Source of the DNA: an uncultured Flavobacteriaceae bacterium
GTDB lineage: Bacteria; Bacteroidota; Bacteroidia; Flavobacteriales; Flavobacteriaceae
Length of the DNA stretch: 64,000 nt
Reading direction: 5' to 3'
Assembly (NCBI GenBank): GCA_964434705.1
Contig: CAYSVY010000012.1
Span: 13,252 to 77,251 of the forward strand
Each line of letters begins with the position of its first letter. Within the stretch, counting starts at the first letter, position 1. The notes beneath the pieces are model-generated. The model was not told where the DNA came from. It made no database searches and saw nothing but the letters and a program-made list of their open reading frames with translations. This document shows, piece after piece, positions 37,759-49,284 of this stretch. The position numbers were made by a program, and so were the translations under genes.

Positions 37759-37784
37759 TGTAAGCGTCATAAATAGCATACGTC
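37759..37784 (+). promoter_or_regulatory. Candidate ECF-sigma promoter TGTAAG-N16-CGTC
   Basis: 32 nt upstream of the DoxX start. Confidence 0.45.
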
Positions 37785-37816
37785 TAAGTTAGCATTAACT
37801 TAAAAATCAATTAGTA

Positions 37817-38197
37817 ATGCAAAAGAAATTGACGCTCGCTTTAAGAATTATAGTCGCAATTATCCTAATTCAAACTTTACGCTTTAAATTTACAGCACAT
37901 CCAGATAGTGTATACATTTTCGAAACCGTAGGACTTGAACCCTTTGGTAGAATTGGCATTGGTATTTTAGAACTTATAGCCGGTATATTATTATTAATCC
38001 CAAAAACAGTTTGGATTGGTGCAGGTTTAACTTTAGGAATTATTGGTGGTGCCATTATGATGCACCTAACCCAGTTGGGCATTGAAGTAAAAGGCGATGG
38101 CGGTGTTTTATTTTACACCGCAATTTTAACCTTTACAGTTAGTGCGGTTATATTGTATAGGGAACGTAAAAATATTCCGTTTTTAAAATTGAATTAA
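37817..38197 (+). CDS. DoxX family membrane protein
   Basis: QTLRFKFTAHP.SV.IF, G+EP.GRIG.G..ELIA, GAIMMHL. Confidence 0.82.
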   Translation: MQKKLTLALRIIVAIILIQTLRFKFTAHPDSVYIFETVGLEPFGRIGIGILELIAGILLLIPKTVWIGAGLTLGIIGGAIMMHLTQLGIEVKGDGGVLFYTAILTFTVSAVILYRERKNIPFLKLN

Positions 38198-38928
38198 GAG
38201 TGTAGTTGATTCTCAAAATATGATGCTCTCGGAGCCTCTAGTTTTAACTGAGACTGAACATAGAATATAGCAAAGGCGCTGACCAGAAAAACCGAATAAA
38301 TAGCAGCCAAAAATTCCAATTCTGCTATATAGTAATATGCCATTTGAATCATTTCTGAAAAGAAAATAAACATAGATGCTATGAAGAACAATATGGCTTT
38401 CTTACTATCTCTGTACATGTAATTGATTAATGACAATGACAATAATATCATTATAATAGCATTGTAAACAAATTCCAGTAAATATTCAGAAAAGTTGAAT
38501 ATAGATTGCGTAGTTTCCGTAATTAATGTAACACAGAACACGCCCAAAACAATAAGTATAGCAATAGTTACAAAGAATTTTGATAAAACTACTTTCATAT
38601 TCATTGAGCTTATACACTGAATAATTAAGAAAGTATAAGACAGCATATATAAACCATTTGAAATGTAATATCCGTAATCAGGTTCACTATTCACATCTAC
38701 AAAAACATAGGTGTAGGCTTCCAGAATTTTACCTAAACTGAATGCTATTAGAAATAAAAGAAAGTACCGCCTTTTATCGAAAGTGGTAATATGATACAAA
38801 TATGTAAGCAATATAAACATTGTCGCTGCTACAACAGAAGCTGAAACCTCATGCTTTAACACCTCAAGTATGATATAAGATATACCCAAGAGCACCAATA
38901 TCACTTTTATCAATCTACTCAACAACAT
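38194..38928 (-). CDS. Hypothetical polytopic membrane protein
   Basis: About 8 hydrophobic segments; -7 box TATGTTTG at 38958-38951. Confidence 0.65.
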   Translation of the reverse strand: MLLSRLIKVILVLLGISYIILEVLKHEVSASVVAATMFILLTYLYHITTFDKRRYFLLFLIAFSLGKILEAYTYVFVDVNSEPDYGYYISNGLYMLSYTFLIIQCISSMNMKVVLSKFFVTIAILIVLGVFCVTLITETTQSIFNFSEYLLEFVYNAIIMILLSLSLINYMYRDSKKAILFFIASMFIFFSEMIQMAYYYIAELEFLAAIYSVFLVSAFAIFYVQSQLKLEAPRASYFENQLHS

Positions 38929-38980
38929 TCAAAAGTTCATTTATATGGACAAACATAATCAAAAATTACAATTAAACGAA

Positions 38981-39016
38981 AAAAAACAGCGTTTTATCGA
39001 TAAAACGCTGTTTTTT
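38981..39016. terminator. Perfect 36-bp palindrome; terminator-like and/or operator
   Basis: AAAAAACAGCGTTTTATC|GATAAAACGCTGTTTTTT. Confidence 0.6.
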
Positions 39017-39087
39017 ATGTAAGATTAATATTTCATTTTGAAGAGAGAAAGCCAAAAACTGTATCAAAAACTAGTAATTATTCTCCC

Positions 39088-39402
39088 TTAGAAACGACTC
39101 TTATAAATTTTAACAAATCGAATAACAAGTATTGAAAATCCAATGGTGTAAAGTATTAAGGAAAACAAATTATACAAACTAGAAATCAATTGAAACTGTT
39201 GCATATTTAATAACCCATTAACAAATCTTTTAGAAGGTAAGCTATCTATGGGTGTGTATAAAATTGACAAAAGTGCTGCCAAAAAGAGAAGTATACCTTC
39301 AATGTACTTTGTTTTTAAATAGTAATAGGCACAAAAACCAAGTATAATTAACTGTATGAAAATGCAAAGACCAGTTAGTCCATAATCTATTAAAAACTCC
39401 AT
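39088..39402 (-). CDS. Small hypothetical membrane protein
   Basis: 104 aa, three hydrophobic helices, AT-rich. Confidence 0.55.
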   Translation of the reverse strand: MEFLIDYGLTGLCIFIQLIILGFCAYYYLKTKYIEGILLFLAALLSILYTPIDSLPSKRFVNGLLNMQQFQLISSLYNLFSLILYTIGFSILVIRFVKIYKSRF

Positions 39403-39423
39403 AATTCATTCAAAACAAAATTA

Positions 39424-41427
<2,004 letters not shown>

Positions 41428-41435
41428 CTAATTAT

Positions 41436-41462
41436 GAGATTTCTCACTGCGTTCGAAATGAC
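41436..41462 (-). repeat. REP-like element GTCATTTCGAACGCAGTGAGAAATCTC (variant)
   Basis: Shares GTCA..CGA.CGCAGT.GA.AA core with other copies; internally palindromic. Confidence 0.7.
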
Positions 41463-41483
41463 TGAAACATATTTTAAAATAAC

Positions 41484-41511
41484 AAATCGTTAATCATAAA
41501 TCGTCAATCTT
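41484..41511. repeat. Heptamer array (AATC x4) overlapping prmC stop
   Basis: AAATCGT TAATCAT AAATCGT CAATCTT. Confidence 0.7.
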
Positions 41512-42420
41512 AGTTCCACTTAACATTCTTTCATTACCATTTAAATCTTTCCGTAATTCTATAGTTTTAAAGTTGAAATCCTTTAATAATTGTTTTGTCT
41601 CATTGCCAAGATACTGATTGATTTCGAAAAACAATTGCCCGTTGGGTTTCAAATATTTTGATGCGAAGTTGGCTATCGCATCATAGAACACTAACGGATT
41701 ATTGTCTTTAACAAAAAGTGCCAAATGCGGTTCGTAGTCTAACACATTAGGTTTAATTTCTGCTTTTTCAAGCTGGCGTACGTATGGTGGATTTGATACG
41801 ATTATATCAAATTCCAAATTTTCAAAAAACAAATTCCAATTTAAAGTATCGCGTATGTCTGCTTTGATAAATTCGATATTTACATTATTTAGTTGTGCAT
41901 TTTGCTTTGCGACTTTTAGGGCTTCGTCAGATATATCCAGAGCATAGATTTTAGCATTGGGCAAATACTTAGCCAAACTTATGGCTATACATCCTGAACC
42001 TGTGCCAACATCAAAAATATTAAGTTGGTTTTGAAGAGACTTCTCGACTGCGCTCGAAGTAACAGCAAACTTTTGACTTTTAACTTTTAACTTTAAACTT
42101 TGAATCATCCAGTTGACTAATTCTTCTGTTTCTTGACGTGGTATTAATACGTGTTTATTTACTTTAAATTTTAAACCATAAAATTCTGTTTCGCCTAAAA
42201 TATATTGAATGGGTTCGTTATTTTTTAGACGGTTAAGTGTTTTAAAAACCGTATCGTATTCGTTTTTTGAAATTGTGAATTCTGGCTGTAAAATCAATTG
42301 AATTCTGGGAAAATCAAAATAAAATTCAGTACAAATAAAAAAGATAGACTCTACTTCTTCTCTACCGTAAATGGCATTCAGTTCGTTATGAAAAATTATT
42401 TTTAAATCCGTAATTTTCAT
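41494..42420 (-). CDS. prmC: Peptide chain release factor N5-glutamine methyltransferase
   Basis: EPIQYILG, VLIPRQETEEL, DVGTGSGCIA, SNPPY, EPHLALF. Confidence 0.95.
   Translation of the reverse strand: MKITDLKIIFHNELNAIYGREEVESIFFICTEFYFDFPRIQLILQPEFTISKNEYDTVFKTLNRLKNNEPIQYILGETEFYGLKFKVNKHVLIPRQETEELVNWMIQSLKLKVKSQKFAVTSSAVEKSLQNQLNIFDVGTGSGCIAISLAKYLPNAKIYALDISDEALKVAKQNAQLNNVNIEFIKADIRDTLNWNLFFENLEFDIIVSNPPYVRQLEKAEIKPNVLDYEPHLALFVKDNNPLVFYDAIANFASKYLKPNGQLFFEINQYLGNETKQLLKDFNFKTIELRKDLNGNERMLSGTKIDDL
42038..42103 (-). repeat. In-frame composite insert in prmC: heptamer array (42069-42103) + REP copy (42038-42063)
   Basis: ACTTTTG ACTTTTA ACTTTTA ACTTTAA ACTTTGA; minus strand GTTACTTCGAGCGCAGTCGAGAAGTC. 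Confidence 0.85.
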
Positions 42421-42424
42421 AGGA

Positions 42425-42916
42425 TTAAATATCTTTCAACATCCATACGTTACATGAATAATGCCCTGTATTTCCCATAGGTTGATCGATAGATTTGAAA
42501 CCAACTTTTCGGTACAATTTCCGAGCGCTATCCATGTACGGCATAGTTTCCAAATAACACTGTTCAAAACCTACTTGTTTAGCAAAGTCCAAACAACGTT
42601 GCATCATTTGTAAACCCAAACCTTTGCCACGTGCTTTGGGTAAAAAATACATTTTTTGAAGTTCGCAAACGTTGCCTTCAAAATTATCTAAGGGCGAAAT
42701 ACCAGCGCCACCCAAAATGGTAGTTTCATTTTCAATAATAAAATAGGCTTTGTTAAAAGCTTTATAGGTTTCATACATACAATCTAAGGCTTTGTCTTCG
42801 TAAGCCGTGCCAACTTTTGGCACACCTAATTCTATTAAAACAGAACGAATTACAGTGGCGATTTTGCCGTCATCTTCGGGTTGAATTTCTCTTATAGTTA
42901 TAGCGGTTTCGCTCAC
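42425..42916 (-). CDS. GNAT family N-acetyltransferase
   Basis: IREIQPEDD, CELQKMYFLPKARGKGLG, YLETMP.M. Confidence 0.88.
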   Translation of the reverse strand: MSETAITIREIQPEDDGKIATVIRSVLIELGVPKVGTAYEDKALDCMYETYKAFNKAYFIIENETTILGGAGISPLDNFEGNVCELQKMYFLPKARGKGLGLQMMQRCLDFAKQVGFEQCYLETMPYMDSARKLYRKVGFKSIDQPMGNTGHYSCNVWMLKDI

Positions 42917-42969
42917 TTTAAAATAGTATTTTTGTGAAGTGAAGATAGTACAAATCTTAACTTTAAACT

Positions 42970-43425
42970 ATGAAGAAATCACTCATTTTATTAACAGTTT
43001 TTACCACAATTTCATCGTGTAAGGTGAAAGAAAAACCAGAATTTATTGGTGTAAATAAAATAAAAATTGTAGAATCTAACCGACAATTTATCACCTTAAA
43101 AGCTAATGCACTATTTAAAAACCCAAACAGTATTGGTGGCGAGTTACAAACCGATGAAATTAAAGTTATGATTAATGGCAATGCTTTAGCAACGGTATCT
43201 TCTGAAGCTTTTAAAGTACCCGCAAAAAATGAATTCACCATACCACTAACTGCAAAAATTGAAACCAAAGAACTTATAAGAGACAAAAATTTAAGCGGAC
43301 TTTTGGGCAGTTTATTTAGTCAGAAATTAGAAGTGCAATACATTGGTGACATAAAATATAAAGTGCTTGGGTTTTCGCACACCTATAGTATTGACAAAAC
43401 GGAATCTGTGAAAATTAAATTGTAA
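42970..43425 (+). CDS. LEA type 2 family lipoprotein
   Basis: Lipobox ISSC; NALFKNPNS.GG, F.IPL. Confidence 0.7.
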   Translation: MKKSLILLTVFTTISSCKVKEKPEFIGVNKIKIVESNRQFITLKANALFKNPNSIGGELQTDEIKVMINGNALATVSSEAFKVPAKNEFTIPLTAKIETKELIRDKNLSGLLGSLFSQKLEVQYIGDIKYKVLGFSHTYSIDKTESVKIKL

Positions 43426-44502
43426 GTGTCGACCAACGAAACTTATATAAAACGTGCGTTGCAGATTGCCAAAAACGGTTTAGGTACTACACGACCAAAC
43501 CCAATAGTTGGCGCTGTTATTGTATATGACGGTAAGATTATTGGCGAAGGTTTTACCAATCCGTATGGCGGACCACATGCCGAAGTTAATGCCATTAATG
43601 CGGTTAAAGATAAATCGCTTTTAAAAAACAGCACGCTCTACGTAACGTTAGAGCCATGCAGTCATTTTGGAAAAACTCCACCATGTAGCGATTTAATTAT
43701 TGCACATAAGATTCCAAAAGTTGTTATAGGTTGTATTGATGATAATCCTGAAGTTGCTGGCAAAGGCATTGCAAAATTAAAAGCTTCAGGTTGCGAAGTT
43801 ATTGTTGGTGTTTTGGAAAATGAATGTAAAGCACACCATAAACGCTTTTTCACATTTCATACAAAAAAACGTCCTTATATTATTTTAAAATGGGCTGAAA
43901 CAAAAGATGGATTTATTGCGCCAACTTCAAAAGAAGGACAACAACCTGTTTGGATTACAAACAGCTATTCGCGCCAATTGGTCCATAAATGGCGTGCCGA
44001 GGAACACGCTATTTTAGTAGGCACCAATACTGCTATTGAAGACAATCCAAGCTTAACGGTTAGAGATTGGACAGGATTAAATCCTACTCGCGTGGTTTTG
44101 GATAGGGCATTGAAATTGGATAAGAGCTATTCTGTTTTTGATGATAAGGCGAAAACGATTGTAATAACTTCCGAAAAAAATAGATTTGAGAAGTTAGAAA
44201 AGAGACATGAGAAAAAAGAGGATATCAAACAGACCTTTAAACCAATTAATTGGAAAGACAAAAATCATATAGCTCAACAAATCTGTGATGTGCTTTATAC
44301 TCAAAACATAAATTCTATCATTATTGAAGGTGGCGCGCAAACACTTCAAACTTTTATTGATGAAAATCTATGGGATGAAGCTCGTGTTTTTAAAGGAAAT
44401 ATTGAATTTAAAAATGGTGTAAAAGCGCCAAAATTAAATGGTGAATTGATTTCTGAGGAACGAATTTTGGATGATGTCTTAAAAGTTTTCATACCTGTAT
44501 AA
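43426..44502 (+). CDS. ribD: Riboflavin biosynthesis deaminase/reductase RibD
   Basis: PNPIVGAV, HAEVNAI, TLEPCSH.GKTPPC, LKWAET.DG, IEGG; GTG start. Confidence 0.95.
   Translation: MSTNETYIKRALQIAKNGLGTTRPNPIVGAVIVYDGKIIGEGFTNPYGGPHAEVNAINAVKDKSLLKNSTLYVTLEPCSHFGKTPPCSDLIIAHKIPKVVIGCIDDNPEVAGKGIAKLKASGCEVIVGVLENECKAHHKRFFTFHTKKRPYIILKWAETKDGFIAPTSKEGQQPVWITNSYSRQLVHKWRAEEHAILVGTNTAIEDNPSLTVRDWTGLNPTRVVLDRALKLDKSYSVFDDKAKTIVITSEKNRFEKLEKRHEKKEDIKQTFKPINWKDKNHIAQQICDVLYTQNINSIIIEGGAQTLQTFIDENLWDEARVFKGNIEFKNGVKAPKLNGELISEERILDDVLKVFIPV
44181..44222 (+). repeat. Intragenic heptamer array (nAGAnnn x6) in ribD
   Basis: TAGATTT GAGAAGT TAGAAAA GAGACAT GAGAAAA AAGAGGA. Confidence 0.65.
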
Positions 44503-44769
44503 ATTCGCTATCACGTTATTAGAAGCTCTAAGAAGCAACACCACCGTTTTACATCATAAATTCAAATAGGTTAAAAAACCAACAGTTCAATTTCTATCAA
44601 AATACACGAAGTGAAGTCCTAAAATCTTTCAAAATCATTATGCTATTCTTAATCTTACAGAAGCATAAACCAATGTCTTAAAGTTGTTATAAAAATTAAG
44701 TTGTTTTTTTAGATATTCTTTTAATTCCGTATCTTTTATTTGATAGTATAATTCGGTTTTATTCAAAGA

Positions 44770-46377
44770 ATGAAAAAATTATTTACACTTGTATTTCTGC
44801 TCATAACAACGACTATTTTAGCACAGTTTAAAGTCGGAAACAACACGCTGAATTTTAGTGAGGCTATACCCAAAGACAAAGGCAATATTATGGCCATTGC
44901 TGGGATTAAAAATGACACTATTTACACTATAAGCAGAACAAAAAAGGAGTTCTTCTTCCAAACGTATGATGCCAAAACAAAAAGTCTAATTTCCACTAAA
45001 CCATTTGAAATTATAAGAGGTTATGAAATAAGGGATTATGTCATGGTTGGTGAAAAGTTGTTTTTAATGCTCTCTTATTATAATGAAACCCTTAATCGGT
45101 ATAGTTTTTTTGCAAGAGAAGTCAAAGACAATGAGATTGCAAATAGCATAAATATATTCTCAAAAACTGTAAAAAACCCATCAGAAAAAGGGGAATTTTT
45201 ATTTAAGATTTCAAATGACAGCACAAAGTATTTGATAACTCATGTCATTAAGAATAATGGGAGTACTACCGCAGAATACAATTTGGTTCTTGTTGACAAA
45301 AATTTAAATAAGGTCTTTACCGACACCAACTCTATAACCTCAGAACAAAAAAGGGTCTGGTCGTTCAAATTTTCAGATACAAAATTCACAAAAAGTGGTG
45401 ATATTGTTTTTACCGTTATAGAAAGTTACAGAGATAAGAGTGAGAAAACTAAGTTTAATAACGTTATTCTATACGCATACGAAGCCAATAACAACTACAA
45501 CCGAAAAGAAACCAAAATAGAAGTACAAGATAATTATCTAGCAGACTGTACCGTAGTTCCAACCAAAGACAACAGGTTGCACATAGCTGGCTTTTATTCC
45601 CCATTAAAAAAAAGCGGTAAACGCCAATGGTACTATGGTGGTTTATATGATATCGTTTTTGATTATAATGAAGGTAAGGTCATAAAGACCAATTTTATTT
45701 CCTTTCCAGATTTCATCTATTTGGCTTTTGGGAGCAAAGATGCCAAAAAATCCAAAGGTTTGTATTATGAATGGTTTAAAAACGTAGCCTTTATAGAAAG
45801 AGATGACGGTGGTATCATTATACTAACGGAAAAAAATTGGAAAGGCGAACCAGATACACTTGGCGTATGGCCTTTAGCTTGGACAACTTATAGTTTTGAC
45901 TCGGGACATGTTTTAGTAACTGCATTAAACCGAGATGGCAAGTTATATTGGAACAATTTTATACCTAAGATACAATGGCTGAGTATTGATGTCTTAGGCA
46001 TACAGTTAATTCCGATTCCAAATTATACACAACCGGGAACTATGAATTTTCCTGTGTCAGAATTGGGAACGGGTGAAGAGTTTATAAGCGTGTTTCCTGT
46101 TTATGAAAACGGAACACTAACGGTTTATTATAACGATCATCATAAAACAACCGAAGAAAACCTAAGAATCCTAGAAGGTTTAAATAGAATGACCACTGTT
46201 GCCTATACCTTTAACGACAAAACAGGTGAAGCAAAAAGAGTAGTCCCCAGAGAATTTAATAAAGGCCAAATTAATTTAAAGCCACTAATACATTATAAAA
46301 TATCAGATAAAAGGTATCTGATTTATGGTGGAAACAAAAAAACCAATGCGCTTGGAGAACTTATAATCAAAAAATAA
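44770..46377 (+). CDS. Secreted hypothetical protein (beta-rich)
   Basis: Signal peptide, 535-aa open frame, no recognisable catalytic motif. Confidence 0.65.
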   Translation: MKKLFTLVFLLITTTILAQFKVGNNTLNFSEAIPKDKGNIMAIAGIKNDTIYTISRTKKEFFFQTYDAKTKSLISTKPFEIIRGYEIRDYVMVGEKLFLMLSYYNETLNRYSFFAREVKDNEIANSINIFSKTVKNPSEKGEFLFKISNDSTKYLITHVIKNNGSTTAEYNLVLVDKNLNKVFTDTNSITSEQKRVWSFKFSDTKFTKSGDIVFTVIESYRDKSEKTKFNNVILYAYEANNNYNRKETKIEVQDNYLADCTVVPTKDNRLHIAGFYSPLKKSGKRQWYYGGLYDIVFDYNEGKVIKTNFISFPDFIYLAFGSKDAKKSKGLYYEWFKNVAFIERDDGGIIILTEKNWKGEPDTLGVWPLAWTTYSFDSGHVLVTALNRDGKLYWNNFIPKIQWLSIDVLGIQLIPIPNYTQPGTMNFPVSELGTGEEFISVFPVYENGTLTVYYNDHHKTTEENLRILEGLNRMTTVAYTFNDKTGEAKRVVPREFNKGQINLKPLIHYKISDKRYLIYGGNKKTNALGELIIKK

Positions 46378-46442
46378 TTTATTTGAAGAAATCAAGTAAA
46401 CCTTCGAAAACTATGGAACGCCATGCCTAGGCTTATTATACT

Positions 46443-47717
46443 TTACTTTACAAATAGAGGTCTATCACTCATTAAGGCATTTACCTTTTCGGCCACAGCT
46501 TCAAGTACGGTTTCGTTTTCATAGTTATTAATAACCTCATCAATTAAGTCAACAACATAGGCCATATCATCTTCTGTTAGCCCACGTGTTGTAATTGCTG
46601 GTGTTCCTACCCTAATTCCAGAAGTCACAAATGGCGATTGCGTATCAAAAGGCACCATGTTTTTATTTACAGTAATATCTGCCTTAACTAGCGCTTGTTC
46701 AGCATCTTTACCTGTAACATTCTTGTTGCGCAAATCAATAAGCATCATGTGGTTATCGGTACCGCCAGAAATTAGATGGTAATCCTTGGCTACAAAAGCC
46801 TTCGCCATGGCATCGGCGTTTTTCTTAACCTGTAACATGTAGTGTAAAAAGTCATCGGTCAGTGCTTCTCCAAAAGCAATAGCCTTTGCAGCAATAACAT
46901 GCTCTAGCGGACCGCCTTGGTTTCCTGGAAATACTCCAGAGTCTAACAATCCTGACATTTTACGTAGGTTTCCATTTTTAAGACGGATTCCGAATGGGTT
47001 TTCAAAGTTTTCGCCCATCATAATCATACCACCGCGTGGTCCACGGAGCGTTTTGTGCGTCGTCGTGGTAACAATGTGGCAATGTGGCAACGGATCGTTT
47101 AAAATACCTTTAGCTATTAAACCTGAAGGATGTGAAATATCGCCTAATAAAATAGCGCCTACATTGTCAGCTACCTCACGAAACTTCTCAAAATCCATAT
47201 CTCTGGAATATGCCGAAGCTCCAGCAATAATTAGTTTTGGCTTTTCCTTTTCGGCGACGTCAGAGAGCATTTCATAATCAATATAGCCCGTATCTTTTTT
47301 TACACCATAAAAAGTAGGCTTGTATAAACGCCCAGAAAAATTTACTGGCGAACCGTGAGTTAAATGTCCACCATGCGATAGATCAAAGCCCAAGATAGTA
47401 TCACCAGGTTTCAAACATGCGTGGAAAACTGCTGTATTGGCTTGACTACCAGAATGTGGCTGTACATTAGCATATGCGGCACCAAATAAGGCTTTTGCGC
47501 GCTCAATAGCAATGTTTTCAACTTCATCTACAACTTCACAACCGCCATAATAACGCTTACCCGGATAACCTTCGGCATACTTATTTGTCAAAACCGAACC
47601 CGTAGCTTCCATCACCTGATAACTGGTGAAATTCTCTGAAGCAATAAGTTCAATTCCATTAGTTTGACGCTCGCGTTCGGCTTGTATCAATTCAAAAATC
47701 TGTTCGTCACGTTGCAT
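46443..47717 (-). CDS. glyA: Serine hydroxymethyltransferase
   Basis: [42 protein letters not shown]. Confidence 0.98.
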   Translation of the reverse strand: MQRDEQIFELIQAERERQTNGIELIASENFTSYQVMEATGSVLTNKYAEGYPGKRYYGGCEVVDEVENIAIERAKALFGAAYANVQPHSGSQANTAVFHACLKPGDTILGFDLSHGGHLTHGSPVNFSGRLYKPTFYGVKKDTGYIDYEMLSDVAEKEKPKLIIAGASAYSRDMDFEKFREVADNVGAILLGDISHPSGLIAKGILNDPLPHCHIVTTTTHKTLRGPRGGMIMMGENFENPFGIRLKNGNLRKMSGLLDSGVFPGNQGGPLEHVIAAKAIAFGEALTDDFLHYMLQVKKNADAMAKAFVAKDYHLISGGTDNHMMLIDLRNKNVTGKDAEQALVKADITVNKNMVPFDTQSPFVTSGIRVGTPAITTRGLTEDDMAYVVDLIDEVINNYENETVLEAVAEKVNALMSDRPLFVK

Positions 47718-47831
47718 AATTGTAATTCGGTGTTAAATTGAAAATCAAAAATACGAATTACATTAGTTTTAAATTGAAAATTCATGTAGATTTGAATACC
47801 ATTTAATGAACAATTAATCAACATTATTCCT

Positions 47832-49124
47832 ATGCCGTTATCAGCAAATAATCCAAATAGAACTTCTTGGCTTTATGTCAACAAACATTCAGATTTTCCT
47901 ATACAAAATATACCATTTGGTGTCTTTTTAACCAAAGACGATATTATTACCATTGGTACAAGAATTGGAGATACAGCCATTGACCTTGGAGCGTTGCACC
48001 AGTTGGGTTATTTTGACGGCATTCCGTTAACAGATGATATTTTTCTTCAAGATTCATTAAACGATTTTATTGCTGACGGTCGTAAAACTTGGCGTGCCGT
48101 TAGAAATAGGGTTGCTGAAATATTTGACAACAACAACGAAACCCTAAAGCACAACACAAAGCACAAAGAGATTATTTGTTTTCGATTAGATGAAATTGAA
48201 ATGAAAGTGCCTATACATGTTGGTGACTATACGGATTTTTATGCAAGTAAAGAGCACGCTACCAATGTTGGCACCATGTTTCGTGGTGCAGAAAATGCAT
48301 TAATGCCAAATTGGTTGCACATGCCGGTTGGTTATCATGGGCGTAGCTCATCAATAGTAACAACGCATACACCAATTCACAGACCGCAAGGACAAATGCT
48401 ACCAGAAGGTGCTGAAAAGCCTGTATTTGGTCCAAGTAAGCTAGTTGATTTTGAATTGGAGATGGCATTTATAACCACTGATGCCAATGATATTGGCGAA
48501 CCTATACCTATTGAAGAAGCTGAAGAATACATCTTTGGTTTGGTAGTGTTTAACGATTGGTCTGCAAGGGATATTCAAAAATGGGAATATGTACCGCTTG
48601 GTCCATTTCTGGGCAAAAACTTTGCATCGTGTATGTCGCCTTGGATTGTAACTTTAGATGCACTTGAGCCCTTTAGAGTTGAAAGCCCAAAGCAAGATCC
48701 GAAGCCTCTACCCTATTTAAGTACTACTGGAAAGCATAGTTTTGATATTAATTTAGAAGTTGGTATTCAGCCAAAAGGATCAAAGGAAACTACGGTTTGC
48801 CGTTCAAATTTCAAATACATGTACTGGAATATGGCACAGCAATTGGCGCATCACACTGTTAACGGTTGCCCTGTAAACTCTGGCGATATGATGGGAAGCG
48901 GTACCATTTCTGGCCCAACGGAAGATTCTTATGGCTCCATGCTGGAGCTTACTTGGAAAGGTACAAAACCTTTGAAAATGAAAGACGGTACGGAACGTAA
49001 ATTTATTAACGATTACGACACAGTTGTTATGCGTGGTTATTGTGAAAATGACGACGTACGTATTGGATTTGGTCAAGTAAAAACACAACTCCTACCGGTT
49101 TTTAACCAAAAAAAATCCAAGTAA
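47832..49124 (+). CDS. fahA: Fumarylacetoacetase
   Basis: FPIQNIPFG, GDYTDFY, PVGYHGRSSS, NDWSARDIQ.WE..PLGPF, GSGTISG. Confidence 0.93.
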   Translation: MPLSANNPNRTSWLYVNKHSDFPIQNIPFGVFLTKDDIITIGTRIGDTAIDLGALHQLGYFDGIPLTDDIFLQDSLNDFIADGRKTWRAVRNRVAEIFDNNNETLKHNTKHKEIICFRLDEIEMKVPIHVGDYTDFYASKEHATNVGTMFRGAENALMPNWLHMPVGYHGRSSSIVTTHTPIHRPQGQMLPEGAEKPVFGPSKLVDFELEMAFITTDANDIGEPIPIEEAEEYIFGLVVFNDWSARDIQKWEYVPLGPFLGKNFASCMSPWIVTLDALEPFRVESPKQDPKPLPYLSTTGKHSFDINLEVGIQPKGSKETTVCRSNFKYMYWNMAQQLAHHTVNGCPVNSGDMMGSGTISGPTEDSYGSMLELTWKGTKPLKMKDGTERKFINDYDTVVMRGYCENDDVRIGFGQVKTQLLPVFNQKKSK

Positions 49125-49144
49125 TTTTAAAACAACACTTTTGT

Positions 49145-49277
49145 AGAAGCTGTCTCAAAACCTATTTTAATGTCATTCTGAGCGCAGTCGAAGAATCTTA
49201 TATAATTCATAATCAATACATTTCGACTGCGCTCAATGTGACATAAGACTAAAATTTGAAGTTTTGAGACAGCCTCT
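49145..49277. repeat. REPIN-like nested element: inverted REP pair inside an outer 17-bp IR
   Basis: Outer IR 49145-49161/49261-49277 (16/17); inner REPs 49171-49192/49222-49243 (19/22). Confidence 0.85.
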
Positions 49278-49284
49278 TATTTTT

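Noticed and set aside
47717-47832. Possible riboswitch upstream of glyA (also checked ribD and purB)
   Set aside because: Short AT-rich spacers with promoter boxes close to the starts; no recognisable ZTP, glycine, FMN or purine aptamer.
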